Shown: in pieces, positions 11,089-22,510 of the stretch
Layout of the letters: the number at the start of each line of letters is the position of its first letter
Position numbering within the stretch: position 1 is the stretch's first letter
Assembly: GCF_000143415.4 (NCBI RefSeq)
Contig: NW_003314340.1
Span: 676,161 to 740,160 of the forward strand
From: Selaginella moellendorffii
Lineage: Eukaryota; Plantae; Lycopodiophyta
Direction: 5' to 3'
Length of the DNA: 64,000 nucleotides
Made by a program: the position numbers and the translations under genes
The notes under the pieces: model-generated
Told to the model about the DNA's origin: nothing
The model's input: the letters and a program-made list of their open reading frames with translations, nothing else
Database searches by the model: none

Positions 11089-13563
11089 ATGGCTTTCCCT
11101 TTTGTTGGGTACTTGTTTAAGCGGCTGTATCCGCCGCCTCAATGGCAGTTGATAGATGTTCTCCCACAAGCCCGATCCCTGGTATGCTATTTTTCTGGTC
11201 CTTGTGCTTGGTTTTTACCTTGAATCCCTTGCAGCACAGCGCGGCTGCCATCGAGGAGAAGATGTATGTGGTGGGAGGATGCTCCGCGGACCGATACTTG
11301 AACGATGTGCTGGTGAGTTTAAGTAGCGTGGATCTTTCTCAAGTTCTTTTTATAACACTCTCGTGGAGGTTTTGGACTTGGGAAGCTTGAAGTGGTCGAC
11401 AGCCCAACCTTGTCCCGTGTCGTGCGCCGGCCATTGCCTGGTGAGTTGACGCTATTCAAGTTGTTTCTAGCGGGCTTTGCTTAAACACAGTCGACGAGCT
11501 TTGCAGTTAGCAGGTGGAAGAACGCTCTTTCTCGTTGTTGGCATTCCGTCTGATGAAAAGATGCGCGGTACTGTGTGGGTCTTTTGCTTTCCTCTTTTCT
11601 CATGCCTTGGGCTCATCAATCTCCGTGTGTGCAGTCTATGAATTTGACACGAATATCAATGAGTGGTCACTTGTGGAAACGGCGGGAGACATTCCGGTAA
11701 GCATTTCAAGACTGTCTCGTTGTATCTTCATGCGGATTTATGTAGGCTGCAACTCGTGGTCACTCCGCCACCCTGGTCGGGAGCAAAATATGGGTGTATG
11801 GCGGTGTGGACTTTCAGGGTCAGCTGCAGCCTCGGGTACATGCACTCGACCTGGAAAGCAAGCAGTGGGAGCTGGTTAACGCAAGGTACGCAGATCCAAT
11901 ACAAAGATCGCAGTTCCATACCTCCATGTGGCAGTGGCTCCATCCCGCCACCGCTTGCTTTCCATGCTGCGGTGCATAAAGGCGATCATCTCTACCTTTT
12001 TGGAGCTGGTTCATCTGGCTTTTGCAAGAACCTATACGCACTGAATCTCGTAAATGTAAGCACGGAGTCTTATTATATAGCTCTGATCAAGTGGCCAAAA
12101 TGTTTGCAGCGTCAATGGTCCTGGTATCCAGATCAAGGTCCGACCCGCGTACCTGCAGCACGTTTTGCAACTGCTGCCACTGGAGACGAGTGCTATCTTG
12201 TTGGTGGTAAGTTTAATTCTTCCATGCTCCGACTACCTCTTATATCTATCTATACACTAGGCGCTACAGAAGAAACCATGCGACTGAACATGGAGTCTTT
12301 GAAGTGGACCGTAGTGTGCGCTGAACCTCGTTTGGCTACTGACGTAAGTGCTTAAGTTTCATTTGTTTCTTCGTACGGAGGAGATCACTTGTGTAACATG
12401 TAGAGCCTGAGCATGGTGCACGCGAGAATCAAGGGTCGAGGCGCTCTGATTGCTTCAGGGGGAAATCCGGTATGCGTTTTTATGTGTTGGCCGCTCACCC
12501 GACTTCTTGCCTGCAGTTTAGCGTCTTTCTACTCAAGACTATGAAGTCATATCCAGTGCTGCCGCATCCGATGGGCAAGTGCCAGGTCAGGGGCGTAGAC
12601 GGGTCACTTCTGGCGCTGTTTGATATTCCAGACGCAGGGGAGCAGGCTCTTGAGATTACAGACAGGGCGTGGAGGAAGGTGGGGGACAGAGGCTTCTTGG
12701 TGAGGGACGGCCGTCCTCTGGAACGTAACGCCGCCATCTTTCCCGGAGACGAGCTAACATTCCACCGGAGTGATTCTGTTGGAGTAGCTAGCATTCAACG
12801 TAACAGAACGTGTGAGGTCCATCTCATGACACTTGAAGACTGTAAGCTTGTCCTCGCCCGGGTGAAGATCGAGGTTATGAGAGGGGAAGGGTGGCTAAAC
12901 CCACGGGAGGAAATCGAGTGCGAAGCCTTCGCAGGGTGGAATAGCAGGAGGCCACGGGAGATGGTAACGTACCTGGAGGAGCATGCCAAAGTTGGCGATC
13001 TTTTCAGGCTGCCGCATGTAGTTGACGGCGATGGCATAGACTTCGTGCAGGAGATATGGAGCTCGACCGCGGGTGAGGAGTTCCCCTACACCCTCCGCTT
13101 CGCGCTGGACGTGATGCTCGTGTACATGTGTGTGGCCGAGGACGTCATCATTGGCTACTCTATCAAGGAAGAGATTAACGAGCTGCACATATGGAGGGCG
13201 CTCGTGATGTTGCTGGGAGTGAACATCAAATGCCGCACCCTCAAGCCGTGGGTGGTGATCACGGACCTCAAAGACGAGTGGCACTTCGCGTGGATGGACT
13301 GGCCACGCATGTACGTGTGCAAGGCGCGGAGCAGGAGCCAGGGACTGGGGATTGTCCAGGACCTGTGCAACGACTACAACCTGGTGACATCGCCTGAGAC
13401 GGCCGGCGTGCTCTCGAACCTGCCCAGCGTCTACACTCGCGCTTGCTCGGGGTTCAAGTGTGATTTTGATGAGGAGACACGGCTGATGTTCTCCCCTCAC
13501 CCGGTTGCGGTTTGGAGGAACGACACACTCGAGCCATATAGACCTGAGGGGGAAGGGTATTAG
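11089..13563 (+). CDS. Multi-exon Kelch-repeat protein (ACBP4/5-type Kelch domain) with a large intronless C-terminal exon of unusual domain content
   Basis: Exonic pieces HSAAAIEEKMYVVGG, GHSATLVGSKIWVYGG, FHAAVHKGDHLYLFG and ECYLVGG are separated by short GT-AG introns. The acceptor ctgcag at 12516 leads into the long ORF ending at 13563. Confidence 0.7.
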
Positions 13564-14326
13564 CTTATCAACTTTGGTGGTAAATGTTTTAGTAGCCAAG
13601 TTTGAGGCTCTACTTCCTTTTTCGTCCTGCAACTCTATCCGTTGCGCTACAAGGAGAACGCTGGTTTCCAACACTACAGGGAAGCTGATTTCTCAAAGTT
13701 TCTCATGGGAATGAATTGCCAGAGAGCGAGCACTTCCAAAAGATTCATCAATAGTCCAGCTGACGAGCAACGCAACATAAAAGATCTCTCAATCTTCCTA
13801 CGAAGGTTTCCTGAAGCTTTGGCAGGGGCTCAAGGATTACATCAAGAAATAGCTTTGGACACGGCTGGTGGATGCTAAACACACTCAGTTTAATGCAGAA
13901 GTTGGAGCTTGTTTGAGAACCACCAAAATCAGCTCCGAATCGCCCCAGCTCTTCCGCGCCATGCGGACAACATCACATTGATCAGCGTCGCCTGCGGAAT
14001 CTGCTCGGGATCATCCCGGAGCACGGATTACCCGAGGACACTCCCCTGGGCATCAATATTATGTTTGCCAAGTGTGGGGATTAAGATCTTCGACAGAAGC
14101 AAGCAGGAAGGAGAAAGCACAACCAAACATGCCGCTACACTTCGTGGTGGCTTCATGTTCGCCCAAAAGAGGCTGGCTCCCAGTACACACAAAAGCAAAA
14201 GCGCTGGCTCCCAATACACACCAAAGCGGATCGCATTTACCACCAGAAATTCAAATTCAAACGAAGTATATCCACAATGATTCCGTGTTTAGGGCTAGGG
14301 TTTAGAATGCTCGCCGCGGAGTCTCG

Positions 14327-15544
14327 CTAGCTGTTGAATCTGGAGCAGTCCTTTCGGATTTCTCCCTGGTTTCCAGTCTTGACGCCGACGGCTCCCAGGT
14401 TGTCCATGGCGGTGGCGAACGCGGCGAAGAATGCGCCCTGCTGGCCGGCGTATGCCGTGACGAGGCCCCTTGTTCTAGCGTCGCTGTGGAGGATTTGGTC
14501 CGAGGCGAGCACCGTGACTCCTCTCACAGCGTTTTGGTAGTAGACGTTGTCGAATTTGGCGGGGGTGGTCACGTCGTTGTTGGCGACCACTCTTGGATCC
14601 ACTGACTGGGGGCAAGTGAGCCGCAAATCCTTGGCGAAGTTGGGATCCATTGCGGGATCGAATTGGTGAGTGCTGTTGAAGTTGTAGATCCGGCTCATGA
14701 ATTCCTTGCAGTGAGCGAAGCCGATGGTGTGAGCTCCTGAGAGATTTCTTTGGTGAGTTTGATAGAGGAAGGAGAAGGGAGTTCACCTGAGAGAGCCACC
14801 ATGTCCGTTTGAGAGAGTCCTTTGGAAGCGAAGAGCTTGGTGAGCTGGTCGACCGATTGCTCGGGCTTTGGCAAGTTACCGTCGACTCTTGAAGCTTGCG
14901 AGATCTTTCCATCTTTGCGGCCTTTCCTCACTGTCCAAGATGGTCCTCCTGCCTGCCATCCCGACAATCAATGCAAGAAAAAAATTCGGAGAACAAAGAC
15001 CAAGAGAAAAAAAGGAATTTTTTTTCCTTGGACACGAAGATAAGATGGAGGAGAATCACTCGCCAGCACAACGAGGTCCCTGGTCGCAATGGCGAGAATG
15101 TCCGCGCAAGAGACGATCCCGGGGCACTTCTCCTCAACAGCAGCTTTGGCTTTGATGACCGAGTCGAAGCCATCGCCTGCCAGCGACAAGTTGATCTCGG
15201 AATCCTTCTCTGCGCTGTTGCTGGCCGTGGAAGCGATGAGCACCGAGGCATCGCATCCCTGCGGCCGAATTCCATTCGAAAACTCAGACTTTTGAAGGGG
15301 ATAGAACTTACAGGGAGATTGGACTTACATCGACAAAGCAGTCGTGGAAGAAGAGCCGCAGCGTGCCAGGGACGCTGTTGGGTGTGATCTTGAATTTCTG
15401 GAGCATCACTTGCTGGATGATAGACTCCACATTGGGGCAGGAGCTGCTGTAGTAGCCTGGAGAGAGCTGGGCATGAATGCCGGATCCAAAGAGGAGTAGC
15501 AGCAGCAAAGCAACAAGACAAGAGGCCTGGACTGGTACTAGCAT
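14327..15544 (-). CDS. Class III secretory peroxidase, 4 exons (15544-15329, 15258-15064, 14952-14787, 14736-14327)
   Basis: Signal peptide, RLFFHDCFV (distal His), [23 protein letters not shown] and GEIRKDC, with canonical peroxidase intron positions. Confidence 0.97.
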
Positions 15545-17090
15545 GGCGCTATCTCTCGACTACTCAATCAGCTCAGAGGGCTCTCTCAGAGGCTTTGCTT
15601 GCGAGGAGCAAATGGGAAAAAGGGGAAAGATCTACTCACGCAAGTCTAGGAGGAGAAGAAGAAAGAGGACGTAAGATATAATGAAGGAAGCTGGAGGAGA
15701 AATGCAAGGACACCCGAGGGAAAGACAAGCGCTGGAATTGAAAAGAGGCCAAAACTACCCAGCGGCGACGTCTGGTTCTTTCCAGCTGTGGTCAGCTTTA
15801 TATCTCCGACTCTGTGTCTGGAACGTTTGGACGCTCGAGAACGAAGACTGATACCCGCGGCCCCACGCTTGGATCTCTGCAACAATCCTCGACGCGTAAC
15901 TCCGTCTCCGCGAGATCATTTTTTCTGGGATTGCGTGAGGGAAAGTTACCAGTTCATGGTTTCCAGTTTTCTCTTGTTTATTGCTGGAACTTGACCATTC
16001 TTTCATCTCTTTGTTTTCTGACAGAGTTTGATGGTTTCCAGGTACGTAGCGTTCTTTGTTTACTGCAGAAACGGCATTTCTTTGATTTCTTGCAAAGTTA
16101 CCAGTTCATGGTTTCCAGGTACGTAGTTTCTCTAGTTTATTGCTCAAACTATCTCTTTGTTTTCTTACACAGTGTATCTCTTTGATTTCTTACAGTTCAA
16201 GGTACGTATTTTTCGTTGTTTACTGCTGAAGCTTCTCACTCTTTTTCTTTTTACTCGTGTGCTTCCAGGGGCCCTTCGAGCAAGGTACATGGAATGAGCT
16301 GCTTAACAGCTCATTTTTCTACGGCGCCCCGACTTTTATATTCACGGACTGGTGGACGAGGGAAATAGAATCTCGAGGCCCGGTAGATGCGACAAAGCGG
16401 CAAGAAAATATGAAAGCTTTTTGATCCCGCGGTGGTGGTGGCGGTGGCGGCTAAGCAAGCGGAACCTACGCAGCAATGTTGATTGAGAAGGAAAGGCGGC
16501 AGCTTTCTGGAGAGAGTGTGGTACTGGTACATAATCTTCTGGTCAGTAGGCTTCTAGAGGCGAGAAAAAAGCTCGCAAACAGGGAAGCGAAGAGAAAAAG
16601 AAGAGTGAAGGGCGGCAAAGAAGATGAAGGAAGGTGGAAGTGAATTTGGAATGGGACGTGTGGTACCGTCTTTAAAAGCATCACCAGGACATAACAGTAT
16701 GGATTGGGATGGGAAATGGAGGATGGAAAGATGGACCACAACAACAACACCACGCACGCGGAATGAAGGATATAAATGGGGAGAGTTTGGTTCTATTCCT
16801 CTGGGAGACACTTTATGCGCTTGAATCGAATATTTATCGTCGTGAAGAACCGCAGCATCAAAGCTTGGCACCCACTCACGCAGAGGTGGGTCATGGTTTG
16901 TTGTTGTTTAATGCTTCTACCTCTTAGTTTACTCTTACCGTTTGTACAGGTACTGAAGAGTCTCGGACAAACAGGCAGGTTCTCGTTTTTCTTTTTCTTT
17001 TTCTTTTTCCAGGATTCTTTGCATGGAAACTGTTGCTGATGACGATCACTTTGCAGAATAAACAGGACCTTCCGTTTCCATGGCGAGGAA

Positions 17091-17097
17091 ACGTGTC
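17091..17097 (+). promoter_or_regulatory. ABRE (ACGTGTC) upstream of the LEA gene
   Basis: Exact ABRE about 150 bp upstream of the LEA ATG. Confidence 0.5.
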
Positions 17098-17238
17098 AGG
17101 TCGCATGCAAGGCTCGCCGTAGCTACAAAAAGGCCAGCTTTGGGACTAATCCATCGCTCATCAGTGCGCGCGTTTGCTGCGACGTAGCCATCCCACCGGT
17201 CAAAGGGGAGTTTCTCGTTTTTTTAATTCTTTTTCAAC

Positions 17239-17688
17239 ATGTCGTCGGACAGCGCGCAGGGAAGGAAAGAGGTATTGTGTCTCTGTCTGCTTTCGTGTGT
17301 TATCTTAACTCCCAAGTGTTTCGTTTATCAGGAGCTCAAGGGGAGTGCTCAAGACAAGATGGACCAAGCCGGTCAGAAGAAAGAGGTGAAGTGTTTTCTT
17401 TTCTCTTATTGTTGTTTTCTGTTTATTCTTCTCTTTTGTTTCACTCCGAGAGTGTTGATGCGCAGGACATGAAAGGCACTGCTCAGGAAAAGATGGAGCA
17501 AACCAAAGATCAAGCCAGCGGTATGTTCCAGCAGGTAGAAACAATTCTTAGCTGAAAGACGATTGACAAACTATTGGAAATTTTGGATCTCACAGATGGG
17601 AGACAAGGTGAAACAGGCTGCGGATAAAACGAAGGAAACTCTGGCTGGAACTGGAGATAGGATGACTGCGGACAACAAGAAGGCGTAA
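17239..17688 (+). CDS. Small group-3-like LEA protein, 4 short exons
   Basis: Spliced product MSSDSAQGRKE|ELKGSAQDKMDQAGQKKE|DMKGTAQEKMEQTKDQASGMFQQ|MGDKVKQAADKTKETL...KKA*: hydrophilic K/E/A/Q repeats with phase-0 GT-AG introns. Confidence 0.85.
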
Positions 17689-17899
17689 ACGAATGCTCCA
17701 AAGAGTTGAGAGAAAATAAGAGACCTTATGTGCGAATGTTGTCAATCGTGACCCAACGATCATTGGAATTTAGTTGTGGTTTTACTGTCTTAGGTTATAT
17801 CTAAATGGATAATCCTTTTAAAAAGGTGGAGAGCAGCTCAACACACCGACTCGCTTTATCGCATAGCATCCCAGCAAAAGGTCGAAGTTTGCGATCTCA

Positions 17900-19270
17900 G
17901 GTGGAGGATTTGGCACGAGGCTGTTCGTCACGTCCTTGAAATGCCCACACCGGATGTTGTGCAGCTCGTAATCTTTGCTGGTGATTACCATAGCCAGAAT
18001 CTGCCACCCTTTTCCTTTGCCTTTAAAGCCGCCAAAAAGTTCGTTGATACTTCTTTTGATTGACTTGCACTTTGCATCTTGACTAAAATGCTTTCTTGCA
18101 GGATGGTACCAGCTTCAATTCAGATGCGAGCGAAGAAGCACTTGCAGGTAAATGCAACATGGTGGAGGCGGTGGTGTTACTTCCCTCAACTTGCCACAAA
18201 CACTCATCCAAGATGCGGCCAAGCTGTTTGACAGAAGCAGTATGCGATCTTGTTCATATCTGGCTGCTGATTCATCTTTGCGGCAAGAGTTACGAGCAGT
18301 CGATTGAATGGCTGGTTGATTTTGAGAAGCATGCAGATCTACACAGTGCCTTGGTGATCTTTACGAGGAATCATTACATCTTGGATCCACCATCAAGGTT
18401 CATGCCTCGGAGACTCGCGCAGTGGTTCGACACGGTCCTGAAAGTACTGGCTGGTGATATTGATCTCACGCCTGTTGTGCGCCAAATGTGCGAGGTGACA
18501 ACAGCATCATGGAGCTTAGCTTTGGATGAGATATCGATCTCTACAGGAAGTGATCGTGAATGATGATCACAGGGATGGAGAATGGCGATGCCATCAACAA
18601 CTCTCAAGCGCGAGGAGATGTCAGAAGAGTATACTGGCTGAGGAGTGACGAGAGTGTGACAATAGGACGCTTGATCCACAGTGGGCCATGACCACCAAAG
18701 GCATGAGCGACCATGCGGAGCTCCAAGAGCTGCGCGGCTCCACCACGAAGTCATTCGTGGAGCACGTCAAGCGTCATGCAGGATCAGCCGATGGTCAAGC
18801 CGTTGAGCAGCTTCCTGTTGCAGTAACCATAATTTTTGGAAGAGCGTTTGCTGGTATCTTTGTTTGCCTGTGCGAGAACGCTCACTGGGAGGAATCTGGA
18901 GTAATGAGTTCTCCTTGGAGGAGCTCGGGGAAATTACTGTGTTGGCCACCCAGGGCTCGAAAAGAATGCAATGTGGCTGATGGCTTCTGTCAACGATATT
19001 ATCGTTTACTTGATAGACGTGAGTATCTTTTGTAGAGCTTCTCATTCTTTTTGGTTTTTTTACATGCTGCAGCTGATTTATGAAGATGTCTACAGCGAGG
19101 CATCCTTTTCCCTTCCTCGCAGTTCTTGGATAAGAGATTGTGAGTAATCAATTTCACTTATTCAGGAGGCTGAATCTTCTTGTTGAATTTCCAGGCCAGT
19201 CTTTACTGTTTTGCAGGCATGTTGCAGAGGACAATGAAAAGGGAGTTTATCTAGTGGAAGAAGAAAAGTA
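17900..19270 (+). other. Unidentified spliced-gene remnant
   Basis: ORF 18096..18563 follows an acceptor (ttcttgcag), and further GT/AG-bounded pieces follow. No family recognised. Confidence 0.3.
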
Positions 19271-19529
19271 ATAATGGAAAACTCACGGACCTTTTATTCG
19301 AATCAGTCTAAAAGAAAACCACAGTCATATGTGAGGAAAAAACTTGCAAGGGATGATGATTTGATAAGCTTAGTCAAGAAAAGCTAAGTACTGCCACCAA
19401 GTATGGCTCTGCATTCCAGTTCTAGGCATGATCTAGTTACAAGAGTTTTTTCCAGCTTAATCCGTGTAGAACTTGCATAATCTCGGCTGCATTGAAATAC
19501 AAGGCTTACATGCCAGAGAGCCCTGGTAT

Positions 19530-22510
19530 ATAGTATGGGAGTGATACATTTGCAAGAGGAAAGGGGAGAGGAGATACAGCAGGAGCAGCTAGACCAAGAC
19601 GGAAATGAAGATGATGACATCTCCATTTTTTAGCAGGCTTTAACTAGTAGTGAGCATGAAGCGTTCTTTGATGACAAATCCGGTGGAGAGCTCTCTGAGT
19701 ATGAGGAAGATGATCAGTCCGCCAATGCCGACGAGTCTACAGCAGAAGCTGACCAGATGGAGCAATCCTCAGAAGTCCAAGATGCCAATGCTTCCAATGA
19801 GAACCTGCTAAAACTCAAGATTCTATAACTGTCGAAGTTATGCATGAAGCATCGCTACTCAATCCAGTCTCAAAACAAGCTTTCCAGCCTTCTATTTGGG
19901 GAGGACACTGAACATGAGACTGCCTCGTTATACAAGGTGTTGTGGCGATTTCCAAGTGAGTGGGATGAGTGTTTGGACGGACGATAGCTCCCAACTTCAC
20001 ATGCAGCTGTTTTGAAGATCTACAAGTCAGTGGGATACAAAAATCCAGTTCGATGGCAGGAGAGAAGAGCAATAAAACAAGTCATAAAGCGAAAAACTTT
20101 CCCCAAGTGAGCATGCTGAGAAATGTGACAGTTGTGCGTAGAGGCGCAACAACATGATCCCGCTAGATGTTCTTCTAATCAGCCACACTTTAAGGCATGC
20201 AATTTAGCTACGAGCTGAAGGAACTCTAGAGGCATACTAGCAGTGATCCAAGATGTGGTATGTCTGGGATGGTGACAAGTTCCAGAGGTTGCGAGATTTC
20301 TTTGATCCATCAGATAGTTTTGAGTTACCTATCCGATGCTTGACCTGTTCACAGCCACACCAAGCTTTCCCAGATAGGTGTGAGGTGATAACTTGGGATG
20401 TAGAGAACAGGATTTCCAGGTTCCAATGCTTTTCATGTGGCGAAGATAATATTGCTAAATGAGCTGCAATTCAAGGTGATCCCAAGAACCTCCTTCTCCA
20501 ATGCCATTGGGATGGTTTCAACATTTCAAAGACAAAAAACTCTCTAAAATTATTTGTATGATTATGCTTTATGATCTAATTTGAATCTACTTTCTGCAGT
20601 GCTACAGAGTTTTGGATCCTCAATGCTGGAAAGTTTTTGAATCTCGGGCCTTTTCCAATTGTTTTTTGTGCCACTGAGGAAGTTTGATGGGAAGACAGTA
20701 AGTGAGGTTGTTCCAACAATAGTATCCATCATCGTGGGTGAGCTTGAAGAGCTGTTCAAGCATGGAATTCAGGTGGTGGATGGCAAAGCTGAGAAAGCAT
20801 TCATGCTGAGAGCAATGCTCATGCAATGGGCTGGATATTACAATGCACACTGTGAGGTTGGCAAATTCGTGAACAAGGGAATGAATGGACGTTGCAAGTT
20901 TGTGTTTTCATTTCTCCTAGCAATTGTGTTTTAATATTTGTATCTTCTCTATAGGTGTATGGTGGAAACTAGTCTTATCCCTGGATCATCGATATATGCC
21001 TTCAATAAAGGTAAGCTCGCTTTCCTGCTGCTTGCCTAAGTACAAGCTCATTCTTGCGTGCATTTGACAATCCTACAAACTTGAGAGACCCTGGAGTGAC
21101 AAGTACACAATCGCTATGATCAATAAGATTGCATATTTTAAGCCTTTTATTTTCAAGGAGGAGCCCATTGTGGAGGTTTCACTCCCTATATGGATTCAAG
21201 ACTCACAAAGATATGATCGAGGATGAGCTTCATCTCTTTGCATTGGCCTTCAACAAGGATTGCATTGATCTAATTTTCAACAATAGGAACCTCTACCAAG
21301 ATGTCAAGGCTGCAACCGAGTATGTCTTGAAGTGGCCTGTTCTTTCTAGTAGCAACCAGAGGAACAAATGCTTGTCTTTTAAAGGTGAAGAGTATATAAA
21401 GGCTGTGCATTGGCAGCAACAGGGTGGGTAGCAACTGTTCCAGGCAGTTTTTAGAAGTTTGCGAGCTCGCGATCTAGATCACAGATGTTGTTTTCAGCAT
21501 CTCAAGGGCTGGCTGGGACATGTGGCTAGTCGAGGCAATGAAGCAGCTGTGCTTAGCATGGGGAAGTTTCTAGATGGCATCCTCGAACATGGACCACTGG
21601 AGGTCTACTACTTAAAGAACCTAGCAGCAACGATTATGTTACAAAAACTTGTGGGTGCATAATCAACTTTTGCCACGCAAATGAGCACACAACATCATCG
21701 ACTCTAAGCTTCAATACATGGGAGCTCCCTCCGAGATGGATATAAATGGTGGCCGGTTGAAAGTTCAATTTAAGAAAGTTGCTCAAGGTTTGTGGAAGTT
21801 GAGGCATGTTTCGGATGAGCGACACAAGAGCCTTCTTAGCAAAGGATTGTCATCTCAAGGGGCAAAGAGATCCACGAGCAAATTCCAGATGATATTGCTG
21901 GTGAGTTTTTCAATTGTTATAAGTGTTGGAGATTTCACCGTGTGACATTCTAGGCGAGCTTGGGTGCTCTGAAGTTTCAGAGTTTTCGAGTAAGATTAAG
22001 AGGTGTTTCTCCATGACAACTTTATTCTCAAGGGAAGTTGGGGTTGCACTAGGGGAAGGTGGAGTCAATTTTTATGTTTGAATGTGAGACAACAGCCTCC
22101 AGCTCTACATGAGAATGAGATGCTACCAACAAACAGACGAGCTCGATAGAACATCCTATATGCCACTTTGTTTCTAGGAAGCCTCTGTGACAGAGTAAAG
22201 AAGTTGGACAACATTACTGGTTTGTTTTTCCCAGCTCCATACCCTGGTGGTATCAAGTTCATTGGGTCCAAGCTCGACAGGATCTTTAGAGAACAAATCT
22301 TGGACTTTGGACAACTTGGATTTGTGCCGATCTATCCCCAAGTGAACAATGTGGTGCAATGGATGGCAGGAGATTTCGGTATCGTCACAGCTATTGACAG
22401 AGAAAGTAGAAGCCTTCGGATGATTCCACTTGACCACCAAGCTGGGCAGCATATTGCAGAAGAATGGATATGATGGGATGATCTTATAATCCATCCTCCC
22501 ACATGATGTG
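19530..22510 (+). pseudogene. Degenerate CACTA/En-Spm (Tnp2 / Transposase_21-like) transposase
   Basis: Fragments in colinear order: GDPKNLLLQCHWDGFN (cf. DPRN..L..DGFNP), ELEELFKHGI.V.D...F.LRAMLMQW (cf. EL..LW..G...D....F.LRA.LLW), SPLWRF...D.IEDELH (cf. S.FW.L...D.MH). Many stops and frameshifts; ends not defined. Confidence 0.7.

Noticed and set aside
12895-13674. 259-aa antisense ORF
   Set aside because: It is the antisense shadow of the GC3-rich exon at 12517-13563.
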